This document shows, one piece after another, positions 9,487 to 19,270 of a stretch of 64,000 bases of DNA. The position numbers and the translations under genes are program-made. This DNA comes from Nannocystis bainbridge (GTDB lineage: Bacteria > Myxococcota_A > Polyangia > Nannocystales > Nannocystaceae): assembly GCF_028368995.1 (NCBI RefSeq), contig NZ_JAQNDL010000002.1, forward strand, positions 192,001-256,000. Direction: 5' to 3'. Within the stretch, counting starts at the first letter, position 1. Each line of letters begins with the position of its first letter. Below the pieces are notes generated by a model that worked only from the letters and a program-made list of their open reading frames with translations, searched no databases and was not told the DNA's origin.

Positions 9487-10257
9487 ATGCGCATCCTCGG
9501 CACCGCGATCCTTTCCCTTTCCACGACCCTGTTCCTGTTCGGCTGTGACATCGACCTGAACGGCAAGAACGCCGACGACCAGGCCGATGACGACAAGGAG
9601 GGAGACGGGGACGGCGAGGGTGGCGGGGACGGCGACGGTGGCGGGGACGGGGAGTCGCAGGGCGATGGCGAGTCGCAGGGCGATGGCGAGTCGCAAGGTG
9701 ACAATGAGTCGCAAGGCGACGGCGAGTCGCAAGGCGAGACGCAGGGCGACGGCGAGTCACAAGGCGAGACGCAGGGCGACGGTGAATCGCAAGGCGACAC
9801 GCAGGGCGACGGCGAGTCGCAAGGCGACACGCAGGGCGATGGCGAATCGCAGGGCGACACGCAGGGCGATGGCGACACGCAGGGAGACGGCGAGTCGCAG
9901 GGCGATGGCGACACGCAGGGCGACGGCGGTGAGTCGCAAGGCGACACGCAGGGCGACGGCGGTGAGTCGCAAGGCGACACGCAGGGTGATGGCGGCGAGT
10001 CGGAGGGCGACACGCAGGGTGATGGCGGTGAGTCGCAGGGCGACACGCAGGGCGACGGCGGCGAGTCGGAGGGCGACACGCAGGGCGACGGTGGCGAGTC
10101 GCAAGGCGACACGCAGGGCGATGGCGAGTCGCAAGGCGACGGCGAGTCGCAAGGCGACACGCAGGGCGATGGCGAGTCGCAGGGTGACACGCAGGGCGAT
10201 GGCGAGTCCGAGGGCGACACGCAGGGCGACGGCGAGTCCGAGGGCGACACGCTCTGA
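9487..10257 (+). CDS. Lipoprotein made almost entirely of acidic GDG(G)ESQGDTQ tandem repeats
   Basis: ATG 9487, lipobox FLFGC, then about 20 imperfect GDGESQGDTQ repeats to the stop. Confidence 0.8.
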   Translation: MRILGTAILSLSTTLFLFGCDIDLNGKNADDQADDDKEGDGDGEGGGDGDGGGDGESQGDGESQGDGESQGDNESQGDGESQGETQGDGESQGETQGDGESQGDTQGDGESQGDTQGDGESQGDTQGDGDTQGDGESQGDGDTQGDGGESQGDTQGDGGESQGDTQGDGGESEGDTQGDGGESQGDTQGDGGESEGDTQGDGGESQGDTQGDGESQGDGESQGDTQGDGESQGDTQGDGESEGDTQGDGESEGDTL

Positions 10258-10513
10258 TCGCTTCGGAGCGCCCAGTGCATGCGCCTCGCACTTCGAGGCG
10301 CGGCCCTTCGAGGCGTTACCGTGAGCTCGTCATTGTCAGCCACGACGGCGATCCTCGCGGACACGCGATGCCTCGCATCTGAAGAAATGCGGCGTCGCGT
10401 CTCGCCATCTTCGTGAAGCAACACCGATCGACGTCTCCGAACGCGACGACGCGCCGGAATCGACCTCGACGAGGTCGATCCGGCGCGGGCACCGTCACTC
10501 GGACTGCAGGGGC

Positions 10514-10774
10514 TCAGCGGTTCTGCTGATCCTTGCGCATCGGATCGCGCTGATCCGTCTCGACGTCCTGGCCCACGCCGGTGCGGCCACGGTTCGGGTC
10601 CTGCTGCTGCTGCTGCTGGTCCCGGTCGGTGCGCGGCGTGCTGGCCGGCATGTCGGGCTGCTGGCGGCCGCCCTGCTGCGGGTTGCGCTGACGATCGTCC
10701 TGCGTCTGGCCGACACCGCGGTCGCGGCGGTTGTCGTCCTGCTGCTGCGGGTTCTTCTGATTCGGGGTCGTCAT
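10514..10774 (-). CDS. Small Gln/Asp/Arg-rich hydrophilic protein (86 aa)
   Basis: AGGAGA RBS before ATG 10774; MTTPNQKNPQQQDDNRRDRGVGQ..; internal GVGQ repeat. Confidence 0.7.
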   Translation of the reverse strand: MTTPNQKNPQQQDDNRRDRGVGQTQDDRQRNPQQGGRQQPDMPASTPRTDRDQQQQQQDPNRGRTGVGQDVETDQRDPMRKDQQNR

Positions 10775-11058
10775 GGATCGTTCTCCTGAACATGTCCCTC
10801 GGGACAGGGCGGTGATTCGCCCGTCCGGGGCTCGGCGTCGGGAGCATGGTCGGCAGCGCGAGGCGGGCAAGTGATTTGGTGACGGTCGAAGCGCGGCGCG
10901 CCGTGCGACGATGCGACTTCGACGCGGTCCGCCTGCGAAACCGTTGTACCGCGGTGGCAGGGTCCGCTCGGGTGATCGGACCGGACTCGGCCTCGTGCGG
11001 CGCCGCGGCCACGCCGTCCGCGCGGACGGCGTGGCGTGCTCGACTGCCGCGCCCGGGC

Positions 11059-11916
11059 TCAGGTCACCAGCTCGGCGAAGATCCGCAGCATCGGTTCGGT
11101 GAACAGCGGCGACGGCAGGATCGTGCCGCCGAGGGCCCACGCGCGCGCCAACGGCAGCGGCCAGCGGCGCACTCCCAGCGGGCCCTCGACCGCCAGCAGC
11201 AAGCCCTGCAGCGAGAAGAACGCGGCCGTCCGCACGACCATGTCGAGGTCGAGCGCGGCGGCGACGATCCAGGTGTGGAGGGCGACGCTGACGGCGAAGG
11301 CGAGCGCGAGGCCGGCGCCGGGGCGGCCGCGGCGCGCCAGCGGGACGAAGCAGTGCTGCCGGAGCCAGCGGTTGACCACGAGGTTCCAGCGCTCGCCCCA
11401 GAAGTCGCGCAGGCTGCGGGCGAGGATCGGGTGGCGCTGGACCGGCGGCACGCGGGCCCCGAGCAGGCGGCCGATGCCCTCGAGCAGGCCGGCGGCGGTC
11501 TCGGCGAAGCCGTAGAGGAAGGCGCAGCCGGCCAGCCAGCGCAGCGGCAGCCCGCCGACCTGCGGGGCCAGGACGACGCCTGTCCACAAGGACATGAACA
11601 TAAAGACAGCCGCGGCCGCGGTCCGCGACCACACCGCGGGGTCGAAGCGCGGCGGGACCCACTCGCAGCGGCGGCTGTCGACGATCGCCAGCACGTGCAC
11701 GACCCGGCGCAGCGGGCTGAACTCACGCGGCTCGCGGGCGAGGTCGATCAGGCGCGCGAAGCCCCAGAACGCCAGCGCCGCCAGGAGCGCGCGGGAGAAC
11801 GGGGTGCTGGCGGCGAACGGGGCGAGGAACGCGGGCAGGGCGACGCACAGCCCGAGCGCGCGCCGCAGCGGCGAACCAGCGGTCACGAGGGCGGCGAGGA
11901 CGAGGAGCGCGAGCAT
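11059..11916 (-). CDS. Membrane-bound O-acyltransferase (MBOAT_2/wax synthase-like)
   Basis: Multi-TM; PILARSLRDFWGERWNLVVNRWL and AFAVSVALH motifs. Confidence 0.85.
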   Translation of the reverse strand: MLALLVLAALVTAGSPLRRALGLCVALPAFLAPFAASTPFSRALLAALAFWGFARLIDLAREPREFSPLRRVVHVLAIVDSRRCEWVPPRFDPAVWSRTAAAAVFMFMSLWTGVVLAPQVGGLPLRWLAGCAFLYGFAETAAGLLEGIGRLLGARVPPVQRHPILARSLRDFWGERWNLVVNRWLRQHCFVPLARRGRPGAGLALAFAVSVALHTWIVAAALDLDMVVRTAAFFSLQGLLLAVEGPLGVRRWPLPLARAWALGGTILPSPLFTEPMLRIFAELVT

Positions 11917-12083
11917 CGTCGCGCGCAGTGTACCCGGCCGGCGCCGCGCTCGACCAGCTGGCTCGTGGGACAGGTCACAGCACCGCTGCGCCGACGCACC
12001 GCAGCGACGATCCCGCGGCGCGCACGCGCGAGCGCACCCGCTCGAGATCGCGGCTCAGCCCGTTCGAAGCGCACGCCTCGCGC

Positions 12084-13409
12084 TCACGGGCAGAAGTTGC
12101 CGTGGGGGTTCTCCGAGGTGCAGGTGTTGAGGGTCGCGCCTTGACCCTTGGGCACGCTGACGGTCTCGAGGTGGATGTGCGGGGCCGACGAGCAGCCGGA
12201 GTTGCCGCTGTAGGCGACGAGCTGGCCCTGATCGACGTGGCTGCCGTTCTGGATCCCGGGGCCGAGTCCCTCGATGTGGAGGTAGTAGACGAACAGGTCG
12301 TTGGCCGGGTTGTTCGGGTCGCCGCAGTCGGACTTCAACTTGACGTAGTTGAAGGCATTCCAGCACTGCATCGTGCAGCCCATGTCGTAGCAGTTGGGCA
12401 GGCCGGTCTGCTGGCCGACCACGGTGCCGCCGATGCCGGCGTAGATCGGGGTGCCGAGCGCGACGCCGTAGTCGATGCCGTAGTGCGAGCCGCCGTTGCC
12501 GCAGGCCGAGAAGCCCTGGGTGACCACGCCCGGCGGGACCTGCAAGCAGCACTCGCCGCCGTTCGGCACCGCCTTGCACGCGTCGGCGACGCCAGGCGCG
12601 TTGACCTGGCAGCCGTCGGGGCACACGGTCTTGTTCACCGTCTTGCCGCCGGCGCAGTCGTAGAGATCGTTCGCATCACCCGCGGGCAAGCTCTGGCCGC
12701 AGTAGAGACCGTCGCCGCTCATCGCGCCCTGGCACGGATCGCTCTCGGGGTTGCACGCGTCGGCGACGCCGGGCGGGTTGACCTTGCAGCCGGCGTTGCA
12801 CGCGGTCTGACTGGCGGTGGCGCCGTTCTGACAGTCGTAGAGGACGGCCGCGTCGCCGCCCATGAGCGTGCCGCCGCAGTAGAGGCCGTTGCCGCTCATG
12901 GCCGAGGCGCACGGATCTTGCGCGATCGCCTTGCACGCGCCGGCCTCGCAGCCGGCCGGGCAAGGCGTGACCGATCCGGTGAGGCCGCCGCTGCACTGGT
13001 AGAGGCTGTTGTGATCGGCGAGACCGCCGAGCTCGCCGCCGCAGTGCGGACCGTCGCCGAGGCCGTCGCACGGATCGGCGGGCAAGTTCGGGTCGGTGGT
13101 GCTGGTGGTGAGCGGACCCTGCGTGGTGCCGTCGCTGGTGGTGGTGAGCGTGGTGCTCGTCGGTTCGCCGGACGTCGTGGTCGGTGGACACAGCGTGAGC
13201 TGGTCGCACGGCGCAGCGGTGGTCGCGCTGTCGGTCGTGGTCGCTCCGCCCGTGCTGCCGGAATCGCTCGTCGCGGCGTCGGTGGCCGTCAGCGCCGACG
13301 CGCTCGTGATCGTGCCCACCGACAGGCCCGATGGCCCCGCGGAGTCACCGCAAGCGAGCGTGAAGCTGACGAGCAGGACAGGCGACAGGAGCGCGGTCGA
13401 GCGAGTCAT
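12084..13409 (-). CDS. Lipoprotein M23 metallopeptidase with Thr-rich tether and three Cys-rich repeats
   Basis: Lipobox TLAC; repeats of type DPC..G.YCG..LYDC..C..GC; M23 motifs HYGID, YLH and SGNSGCSSAPHIH. Confidence 0.85.
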   Translation of the reverse strand: MTRSTALLSPVLLVSFTLACGDSAGPSGLSVGTITSASALTATDAATSDSGSTGGATTTDSATTAAPCDQLTLCPPTTTSGEPTSTTLTTTSDGTTQGPLTTSTTDPNLPADPCDGLGDGPHCGGELGGLADHNSLYQCSGGLTGSVTPCPAGCEAGACKAIAQDPCASAMSGNGLYCGGTLMGGDAAVLYDCQNGATASQTACNAGCKVNPPGVADACNPESDPCQGAMSGDGLYCGQSLPAGDANDLYDCAGGKTVNKTVCPDGCQVNAPGVADACKAVPNGGECCLQVPPGVVTQGFSACGNGGSHYGIDYGVALGTPIYAGIGGTVVGQQTGLPNCYDMGCTMQCWNAFNYVKLKSDCGDPNNPANDLFVYYLHIEGLGPGIQNGSHVDQGQLVAYSGNSGCSSAPHIHLETVSVPKGQGATLNTCTSENPHGNFCP

Positions 13410-13491
13410 CGTCGTCGACGATACGCGCGCGCTGCACCGGGGGACAAGGCAGGGCTGGGCGAGCCTCGGCGAATTCGCGAAGCTAGGCCGC

Positions 13492-14850
13492 ATGCGCATT
13501 ACGTTATCGCTCGCTCGCGTGTTCGTCGTGTCGCTCGCCGCCGCTGGAGCGGGGGCGTGCGGCGACGACGAGAAGGGCAGCGCCTCGGGGTTCGCGACCG
13601 GGACAGGGACGACGGTGACGAGCGACGACTCGACGACGGCGCCGACGACCGAAGCTCCGACGACGACGACCTCGACCTCGACCAGTTCGACTTCGACTTC
13701 GAGTTCGACGAGCACGAGCACGAGCGAGCCGGTGGTCCCGACCGCCGGCATGACGACCGACGAGACGACCGACGAGACGACCTCGACCTCGACGACGGAC
13801 GGCAGCAGCGGCACGACGGGGACCGAGGAGTGCGGGGCGCCCGGCATCTTGCTGGTGTGCGACAAGGGCGACGACGTCGATCCGTTCCACGCGATCGGCG
13901 TCGGTTGTCCGGGCGCCGCGGAGAACACCATCCCGATCACGAGCCCCGTGTTCAACTCGCAGCCGATCGCCTGGCGAGCGGCGCGAGGCTTCGGCACCGC
14001 CGAAGATCCGAATGCGCCGGGCGAGCTGCTGTTCCGCCCGCGCGAGGGCGAGAAGTTTTTGGTCCTCAGCACCGGCCGGGTCGAGAAGCTCGACGGCGAC
14101 GGCGTGCTGGTCGAGACCGTGCCGCAGTTCGACAACGACAACAACTTCAACCCCGACGAGCCGAACGCCCTGCCAGCGCCGATGAGCCACCTGGTCGGCT
14201 CGGACAACGGCCAGGGCGGGACCCCGTTCGCCGGGTGCGACGGGGTCCACGACTGCTCGGACAGCATCGAGCCCAACTGGACGCTCGGCAACGGCGACCC
14301 GAACGACATGCTGTCCGGCGCGTTCACGGTCGAGGTCCCGCCGGGGGTCGACGGCTTTTTGTTCGACGCGGTGTTCTTCTCCTCGGAGTACCCGGCGTTC
14401 GTCGGCGACACCTACAACGACATGTTCATCGGCTGGTCGACGAGCGAGGCGTACACCGGCAACGTCACGTTCTTCGACGGTCAGCCGTTCACGGTCACGT
14501 CGCTGGCAGAGGCGATGGAGACCGCCGGCTACGTCGCCGACGCGCCCGAGCTGGCGGGCACCGGGTTCGAGACCCACGGCACCACCGGCTGGGTGACGAT
14601 CCAGGCCCAGGTGGTCCCCGGCGAGACTTTCACGTTCGCGTTCGCGTTGATGGACATGGGCGACAGCAGCAAGGCGACCGTGACGGTGGTCGACCACTGG
14701 CGCTGGGACTGCAAGGGCTGCGTGCCGCTCGAGGTCGATCCGCTGTGCGGCACCGAGGGCCACCCGAAATGCTGCGGCCTGTGCGTCGATCCGGCCGACG
14801 ATCCGCAGTGCGGGAGCGAGGGTCACCCGGCCTGCTGCACCGCGGGCTGA
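13492..14850 (+). CDS. Thr-rich lipoprotein with choice-of-anchor L-like domain and Cys-rich tail
   Basis: Lipobox GAGAC; LVLSTG and FFSSEYPAFVGDTYNDMF motifs. Confidence 0.7.
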   Translation: MRITLSLARVFVVSLAAAGAGACGDDEKGSASGFATGTGTTVTSDDSTTAPTTEAPTTTTSTSTSSTSTSSSTSTSTSEPVVPTAGMTTDETTDETTSTSTTDGSSGTTGTEECGAPGILLVCDKGDDVDPFHAIGVGCPGAAENTIPITSPVFNSQPIAWRAARGFGTAEDPNAPGELLFRPREGEKFLVLSTGRVEKLDGDGVLVETVPQFDNDNNFNPDEPNALPAPMSHLVGSDNGQGGTPFAGCDGVHDCSDSIEPNWTLGNGDPNDMLSGAFTVEVPPGVDGFLFDAVFFSSEYPAFVGDTYNDMFIGWSTSEAYTGNVTFFDGQPFTVTSLAEAMETAGYVADAPELAGTGFETHGTTGWVTIQAQVVPGETFTFAFALMDMGDSSKATVTVVDHWRWDCKGCVPLEVDPLCGTEGHPKCCGLCVDPADDPQCGSEGHPACCTAG

Positions 14851-15015
14851 CCCGCCGTCATCGCCATCGCGGAGGCCCGGATCGGGAGATCCACCCGGGC
14901 CGGCGGTGGGCCCGGGGCTCTCGCGGGCGAGGGGGCGCGTCCGCGCGGAGGTCTCCACGGCCGGCTCCGGCGGCGACAGTGGTTCTCACGTCGGCGATAC
15001 GATAGGGTGGCGGCC

Positions 15016-16428
15016 ATGGCTGTTCGCTCTGGCTTTCGTCACCTGTCTCTTGGCACATGTTCTCTCGTATTCGCGCTGGCTGGCTGTTCGACGGCCGCGA
15101 GCGGCACCGGCGGGTCGACCGACGGGCTGACCGACGCCGACTCGGGCGGTAACAACTCGACCGGCCAACCGGGCACCGGCTCGGACACGGCGGTGCCGAC
15201 GGGCGGGAGCAGCGAGACCTCGCCGACGACCAGCGACGACGGCGTCACGTTCGGCTCCACCGACGCGACCGCGACGGAGGGCGTGACCAGCACGACCGAG
15301 GCCGGCACGACCGAAGGCCCGCAGACGACCTCGGGCACCGACTCGGACACCGCCACCACCGCCGTCGACACCACCGACGGCACGAGCACCACGGGTGAGA
15401 GCTCCGACGGCACGACGTCCTCGACGACCGAGCCGGTCGACGATGACGACGACGACGACGACATGGTGCCCGACGTCGACGACAACTGCCCGAACGACGC
15501 CAACCCGCTGCAGGAAGACACCGACGGCGACGGCATGGGCGACGCCTGCGACGACGACGACGACAACGACACCATCCCCGACGACGTCGACAACTGCCCG
15601 CTGGTCCCCAACCAGGATCAGAAGAACACCGACAACGACGCGTTCGGCGACGCCTGCGACGGCGACCTCGACGGCGACGGGATCCCCAACGGAGACGACC
15701 CGTTCGCCAACGACGGCAACCTGCCGGGCGTGACGACGCCGTTCAAGATCTACGCCCACTCGTCGGGCAACCTCTACACCGTCGACGTCACCGACCCGTA
15801 CGCGGTGTCGATGGTCAGCAACTTCAAGTTCTCCAACGACAACTGCGACCACTCGGTGACCGACGTGGCGATCGATCGCTGGGGCGTGCTGTACGCGGTC
15901 ACGTTCGGGTGCGGCTACGTCATCAACCCGCAGACGGCCCAGGCGTACAAGCTCGGGACCCTGCCGCAGAGCTTCAACGGGCTGACGCTGATCCCGAAGG
16001 GCATCCTCGACCCCAACAAGGACGCGCTGGTCGGCATCGCCAACACGGGTCAGTGGTACCAGCTGACGCTGCAGAACGGGATGTTCGCCATCCAGCAGAT
16101 CGGCCAGTACGGCGCCGGCTACACCTCGGCGGGCGACGCGTTCTCGATCGAGAACGTCGGCACCTACGGCGCGGTCAACAAGCAGGGCGTCGCCGGCACG
16201 GTGATCGTGCAGGTCGACCCGAAGACCGGCGCGGTCCAGAGCGAGCTGGCGACGCTGCCCCAGAACCCCGCCGTCTACGGGCTGGCCGGCTGGGAGGGGC
16301 TGATCCTGGCGTTCGACTCGAGCGGGCAGATGTTCCGCATCGACCCGCAGACCAAGGTCGTCACGCCGCTCGGCAACAAGGGCGTGGCGTGGTGGGGCGC
16401 CGGCGTCGGCACCGTGATCCCGCAGTAA
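15016..16428 (+). CDS. Lipoprotein with Thr-rich tether, thrombospondin type 3 Ca-binding repeats and beta-propeller-like head
   Basis: Lipobox LAGC; [24 protein letters not shown] and [24 protein letters not shown] repeats. Confidence 0.85.
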   Translation: MAVRSGFRHLSLGTCSLVFALAGCSTAASGTGGSTDGLTDADSGGNNSTGQPGTGSDTAVPTGGSSETSPTTSDDGVTFGSTDATATEGVTSTTEAGTTEGPQTTSGTDSDTATTAVDTTDGTSTTGESSDGTTSSTTEPVDDDDDDDDMVPDVDDNCPNDANPLQEDTDGDGMGDACDDDDDNDTIPDDVDNCPLVPNQDQKNTDNDAFGDACDGDLDGDGIPNGDDPFANDGNLPGVTTPFKIYAHSSGNLYTVDVTDPYAVSMVSNFKFSNDNCDHSVTDVAIDRWGVLYAVTFGCGYVINPQTAQAYKLGTLPQSFNGLTLIPKGILDPNKDALVGIANTGQWYQLTLQNGMFAIQQIGQYGAGYTSAGDAFSIENVGTYGAVNKQGVAGTVIVQVDPKTGAVQSELATLPQNPAVYGLAGWEGLILAFDSSGQMFRIDPQTKVVTPLGNKGVAWWGAGVGTVIPQ

Positions 16429-16702
16429 ACAGCAGGGCGAGGGCGGCCCAGCCGCCCGCCTCGCCCCCGCTGTTGCAGCCGCACGGCTCGTAGACCGGCG
16501 GCATCGAGGCGGTGTCGCCGGTGGCATCGCCGGCGGTGCCGTCAGTCGCAGTGCCGGTCGTGGCCTCGTCCACGACGGTGTCGCTGACCGTGCCCATCGT
16601 CGGCGAGGTGCCCCACGCCGGCTCGTCCTCGGCCTTCAAGACCCCCGTGGTGGTGGCGGACGGCGCGAGCAGGGCGAGGGCGAAGACGAGGGGGTGGACC
16701 AT
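16361..16702 (-). CDS. Small secreted protein with MYXO-CTERM-like C-terminus
   Basis: Signal peptide, Thr/Asp/Gly linker, CGC..hydrophobic helix..RRRR; 3' end overlaps the convergent gene by 68 bp. Confidence 0.5.
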   Translation of the reverse strand: MVHPLVFALALLAPSATTTGVLKAEDEPAWGTSPTMGTVSDTVVDEATTGTATDGTAGDATGDTASMPPVYEPCGCNSGGEAGGWAALALLFTAGSRCRRRRPTTPRPCCRAA

Positions 16703-16782
16703 GCCCGCGAGCATAGGCGGGCGCGCGCCCGCCTGTCCACCGCGAACGTCCGGGCCGTGAGGGCTCGGAAGAGCACCCGAAC

Positions 16783-16857
16783 GGACATGTCACGGAGGAC
16801 ATGTCGCATGGGCTATGTCGCCGAGGACATGTCCATATCAACATGTCCTCGACGCCA
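16783..16857. repeat. Tandem 14-bp TGTCC-N4-GGACA-type array (5 units)
   Basis: GGACA TGTCA cgga GGACA TGTCG catg GGCTA TGTCG ccga GGACA TGTCC atat CAACA TGTCC tcga CGCCA. Confidence 0.9.
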
Positions 16858-16868
16858 TGCGCGCGCGG

Positions 16869-17819
16869 TCAGGCCGGCTTGCGGATCGCCCAGTGGGCCT
16901 CGAGCGGGGCGTCGCACAGGCCGCTGCGGTGCGACTCGAAGTTGATGGCGTTGCGCGGGCCGAGCGGGGCGCTCTCGCCCTCGCTCAGCGTGATGTCGGC
17001 GCCGCCGAGGGTGAACTGCAGCTCCCACAGCTCGGCGTCCTGGCAGCAGCCCTCGCAAGCGCAGGTCTCGAGGCTGTGCGGGGTGACGGTGAGCTCGCCG
17101 GCGGCGGCCTGGGTCGGGGTGAAGCCGCGGCCGGCGTGGTAGACGGCGGGCTCGCCGGGCGCGCCGAGGTCCCACACCGAGATGGCGGCGAACTGACAGC
17201 CGCCGAAGCCCTCGACGCGGTCGACGACGATCCGCGGGCAGGCCGGCATGAGCGGCAGCCAGGCGGCGGGGGCGGAGACGTTGAGGGTCCAGGGGTCGGG
17301 GATCAGGCAGTTCTGACCGCAGGCGCAGCCGTCGAGCTGCCACAGGGGGCCTTTCTCGGGGCTGATGCGGGTGCCGGTGAACTCGAGCGGACCGCACGCG
17401 ACGGGCTTGCCCTGCTGCACGAGCTCGGCGCCGAGGTCGTCGCCGTCGACGCCGCACACGCCTCCGCCGGTGGTGGTGTCGGTGGTGTCGGTGGTGGCGG
17501 TGGTGCCGGGCTCGGAGGTGCTGGTGGTGGTGCCGTCGGTGGTGGTGGTGCCGGTGGCGTCGGTGGTGGTGGTGCCCGGCCCGGTGGTGCCCGTGGAGGT
17601 GGAGGTGCTGGTGACCGTGCTGGCGCCGGTCGGCTCGGGCGTGGTCGTCGGCGCGTCGGAGGTGGCGTCGGGCCCGGTGGTCGGCCCGCTGGTGTTGTCA
17701 GGGCCGGTCGCGTTGGCGGTGGTCGAGGGGTCGCCGCCGGTGGTCATGGCGGTGGTGTCGTCGGCGCAGGCGACCGCGAGCGCGGCGAACATGGATAGGG
17801 CGAGTTCAAGGCGAGGCAT
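16869..17819 (-). CDS. Hypothetical lipoprotein with Thr-rich tether and Cys-containing head
   Basis: Lipobox LAVAC; long Thr/Gly linker; Cys-rich C-terminal domain. Confidence 0.75.
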   Translation of the reverse strand: MPRLELALSMFAALAVACADDTTAMTTGGDPSTTANATGPDNTSGPTTGPDATSDAPTTTPEPTGASTVTSTSTSTGTTGPGTTTTDATGTTTTDGTTTSTSEPGTTATTDTTDTTTGGGVCGVDGDDLGAELVQQGKPVACGPLEFTGTRISPEKGPLWQLDGCACGQNCLIPDPWTLNVSAPAAWLPLMPACPRIVVDRVEGFGGCQFAAISVWDLGAPGEPAVYHAGRGFTPTQAAAGELTVTPHSLETCACEGCCQDAELWELQFTLGGADITLSEGESAPLGPRNAINFESHRSGLCDAPLEAHWAIRKPA

Positions 17820-17954
17820 GCTGCAAGGGTAGCGAGTCAGGGCGCGGATGGCCCGTCGCGTCCGCGAACGGACCGATGTGCGCGGCGCACTGCGGGCCCG
17901 CGAGCCCGGTGCGCGGAGGGTCCAGGGCCCGTCGGCCCACGAGCACGAAAGGTC

Positions 17955-18100
17955 GCGCGCGTGAGCTCCGAGGGCGTGATGGGCGTGACGCGGCGGCTCC
18001 GCGGAGTCGCGCGGGTGAGCTCCGGGAGCGTGACGGGGCACTACGCGGAGGTTCCGCGGAGTCGCGGATGAGCTCCGGGCGCGTGACGGGCACGACAGGA
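17955..18100. repeat. About 54-bp intergenic tandem repeat (about 2.7 copies) with internal hairpin
   Basis: TGAGCTCCG at 17962, 18016 and 18069; CGCGG(N)..TCCGCGGAGTCGCG repeated. Confidence 0.7.
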
Positions 18101-18232
18101 CGCGGGCTCCGGTGCGCGTGGTGGCCGGGGCGCGGACGTTCCGTCGCGGTCATGCCCGGGACCGCGAGCGAGGTTGCCGGGCAGTCAGAGAAGACGCCGC
18201 GAGTGACGGTGGCCACGCGCGTGGGCGCGGCT

Positions 18233-19156
18233 TCAGGGCGACTTCTCGCCGGCGGGGACGGCGAACGGGAGACGGTTCTCGGCCAGCGGGACAGGGCAGG
18301 TGGCGTAGGCCGTGAAGGCGCAGGGGGGATTGTGGGCGCGGTTGAAGTCGAGCAGGACGCTGCCGTCGACCGGCAGCTCGGCGAGCAGGAAGCGGCCGCC
18401 GTGGTAGGTCTCGCGGCCGCTGGTGCGATCGCTGAAGACGAACAACAAGGAGTCGCCGTCGGGGCCGTGCTCGAGGATCGGGGTGAGGCGATGCTCCTGG
18501 CCGGCGATCGTGAAGACGGCGACGCCGGGGACCTGGACCGGCTGGACGGTGCCGAGCACGGTGGGATGCTCGAGGGTCCGCGGGCTCGCCAGCGCCTCGA
18601 AGCGAGCGTGGACCTGCCAGGCCGGATCGAGGGCGAACGTGGCGATGCCGGCGAACTCGCGCCGCTCGGGGGCCTGCAGGTCGTAGAGGCGCAGGCCGAG
18701 GCGCTCGCCGCGGGCGATGATCAGGAAGGTGAAGCGATCGCCGAGCACGACGCGATCGGCGGGCTGCGATGGATCGATGTCGGAGCGCAGCGAGACGTCG
18801 GTGATGGCCTCGCCGCGCAGGCGAGCGTCGACGCCCGGGGCGAGGCGCAGGCGGACGCGGCCGGCGGCGAGGGCGAGCACGCCGACCTCGGCAGGGGCGC
18901 CGTCGGGGAAGACGATGTCGGCCCCCGGATCGGCGCCGAGCCGGTAGTCGCCGTCCCGCAGCCAGTAGAGCCCGGCGAGCGCGAGCCAGCCCTGCGGCTG
19001 CGTCAGCGCCTCGATCCGCGCGGCGTGCCAGCGGGCGTGATCGGCGGCGAAGGCCGGATCGGCGGCGGGCGGCGGCGGCGGCTGCGGGCGACAGGCGGCG
19101 AGGGTCACGCCGAGCGCGAGCGTCACCCGGGCCTTTTTAAAGAATGTGGGTCGCAT
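18233..19156 (-). CDS. DUF1684 family lipoprotein
   Basis: Lipobox LAAC; GWLALAGLYWL, FSDRTSGRETYHGGRFL, LDFNRAHNPPCAFTAYATCP..NRL..AGEK. Confidence 0.88.
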   Translation of the reverse strand: MRPTFFKKARVTLALGVTLAACRPQPPPPPAADPAFAADHARWHAARIEALTQPQGWLALAGLYWLRDGDYRLGADPGADIVFPDGAPAEVGVLALAAGRVRLRLAPGVDARLRGEAITDVSLRSDIDPSQPADRVVLGDRFTFLIIARGERLGLRLYDLQAPERREFAGIATFALDPAWQVHARFEALASPRTLEHPTVLGTVQPVQVPGVAVFTIAGQEHRLTPILEHGPDGDSLLFVFSDRTSGRETYHGGRFLLAELPVDGSVLLDFNRAHNPPCAFTAYATCPVPLAENRLPFAVPAGEKSP

Positions 19157-19186
19157 GGGTACGCGAGGGGGCGGCCTTGACAGATG

Positions 19187-19270
19187 TGTCCTGAAGGACA
19201 TGTCGTGGAGAGCATGGCCTTCGAGGCATGTCGCAGGGAGCATGCCCTTCGGGGCATGTCCCGACGGTCA
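19187..19270. repeat. Tandem 14-bp TGTCC-N4-GGACA-type array (6 units)
   Basis: TGTCC tgaa GGACA TGTCG tgga GAGCA TGGCC ttcg AGGCA TGTCG cagg GAGCA TGCCC ttcg GGGCA TGTCC cgac GGTCA. Confidence 0.9.
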
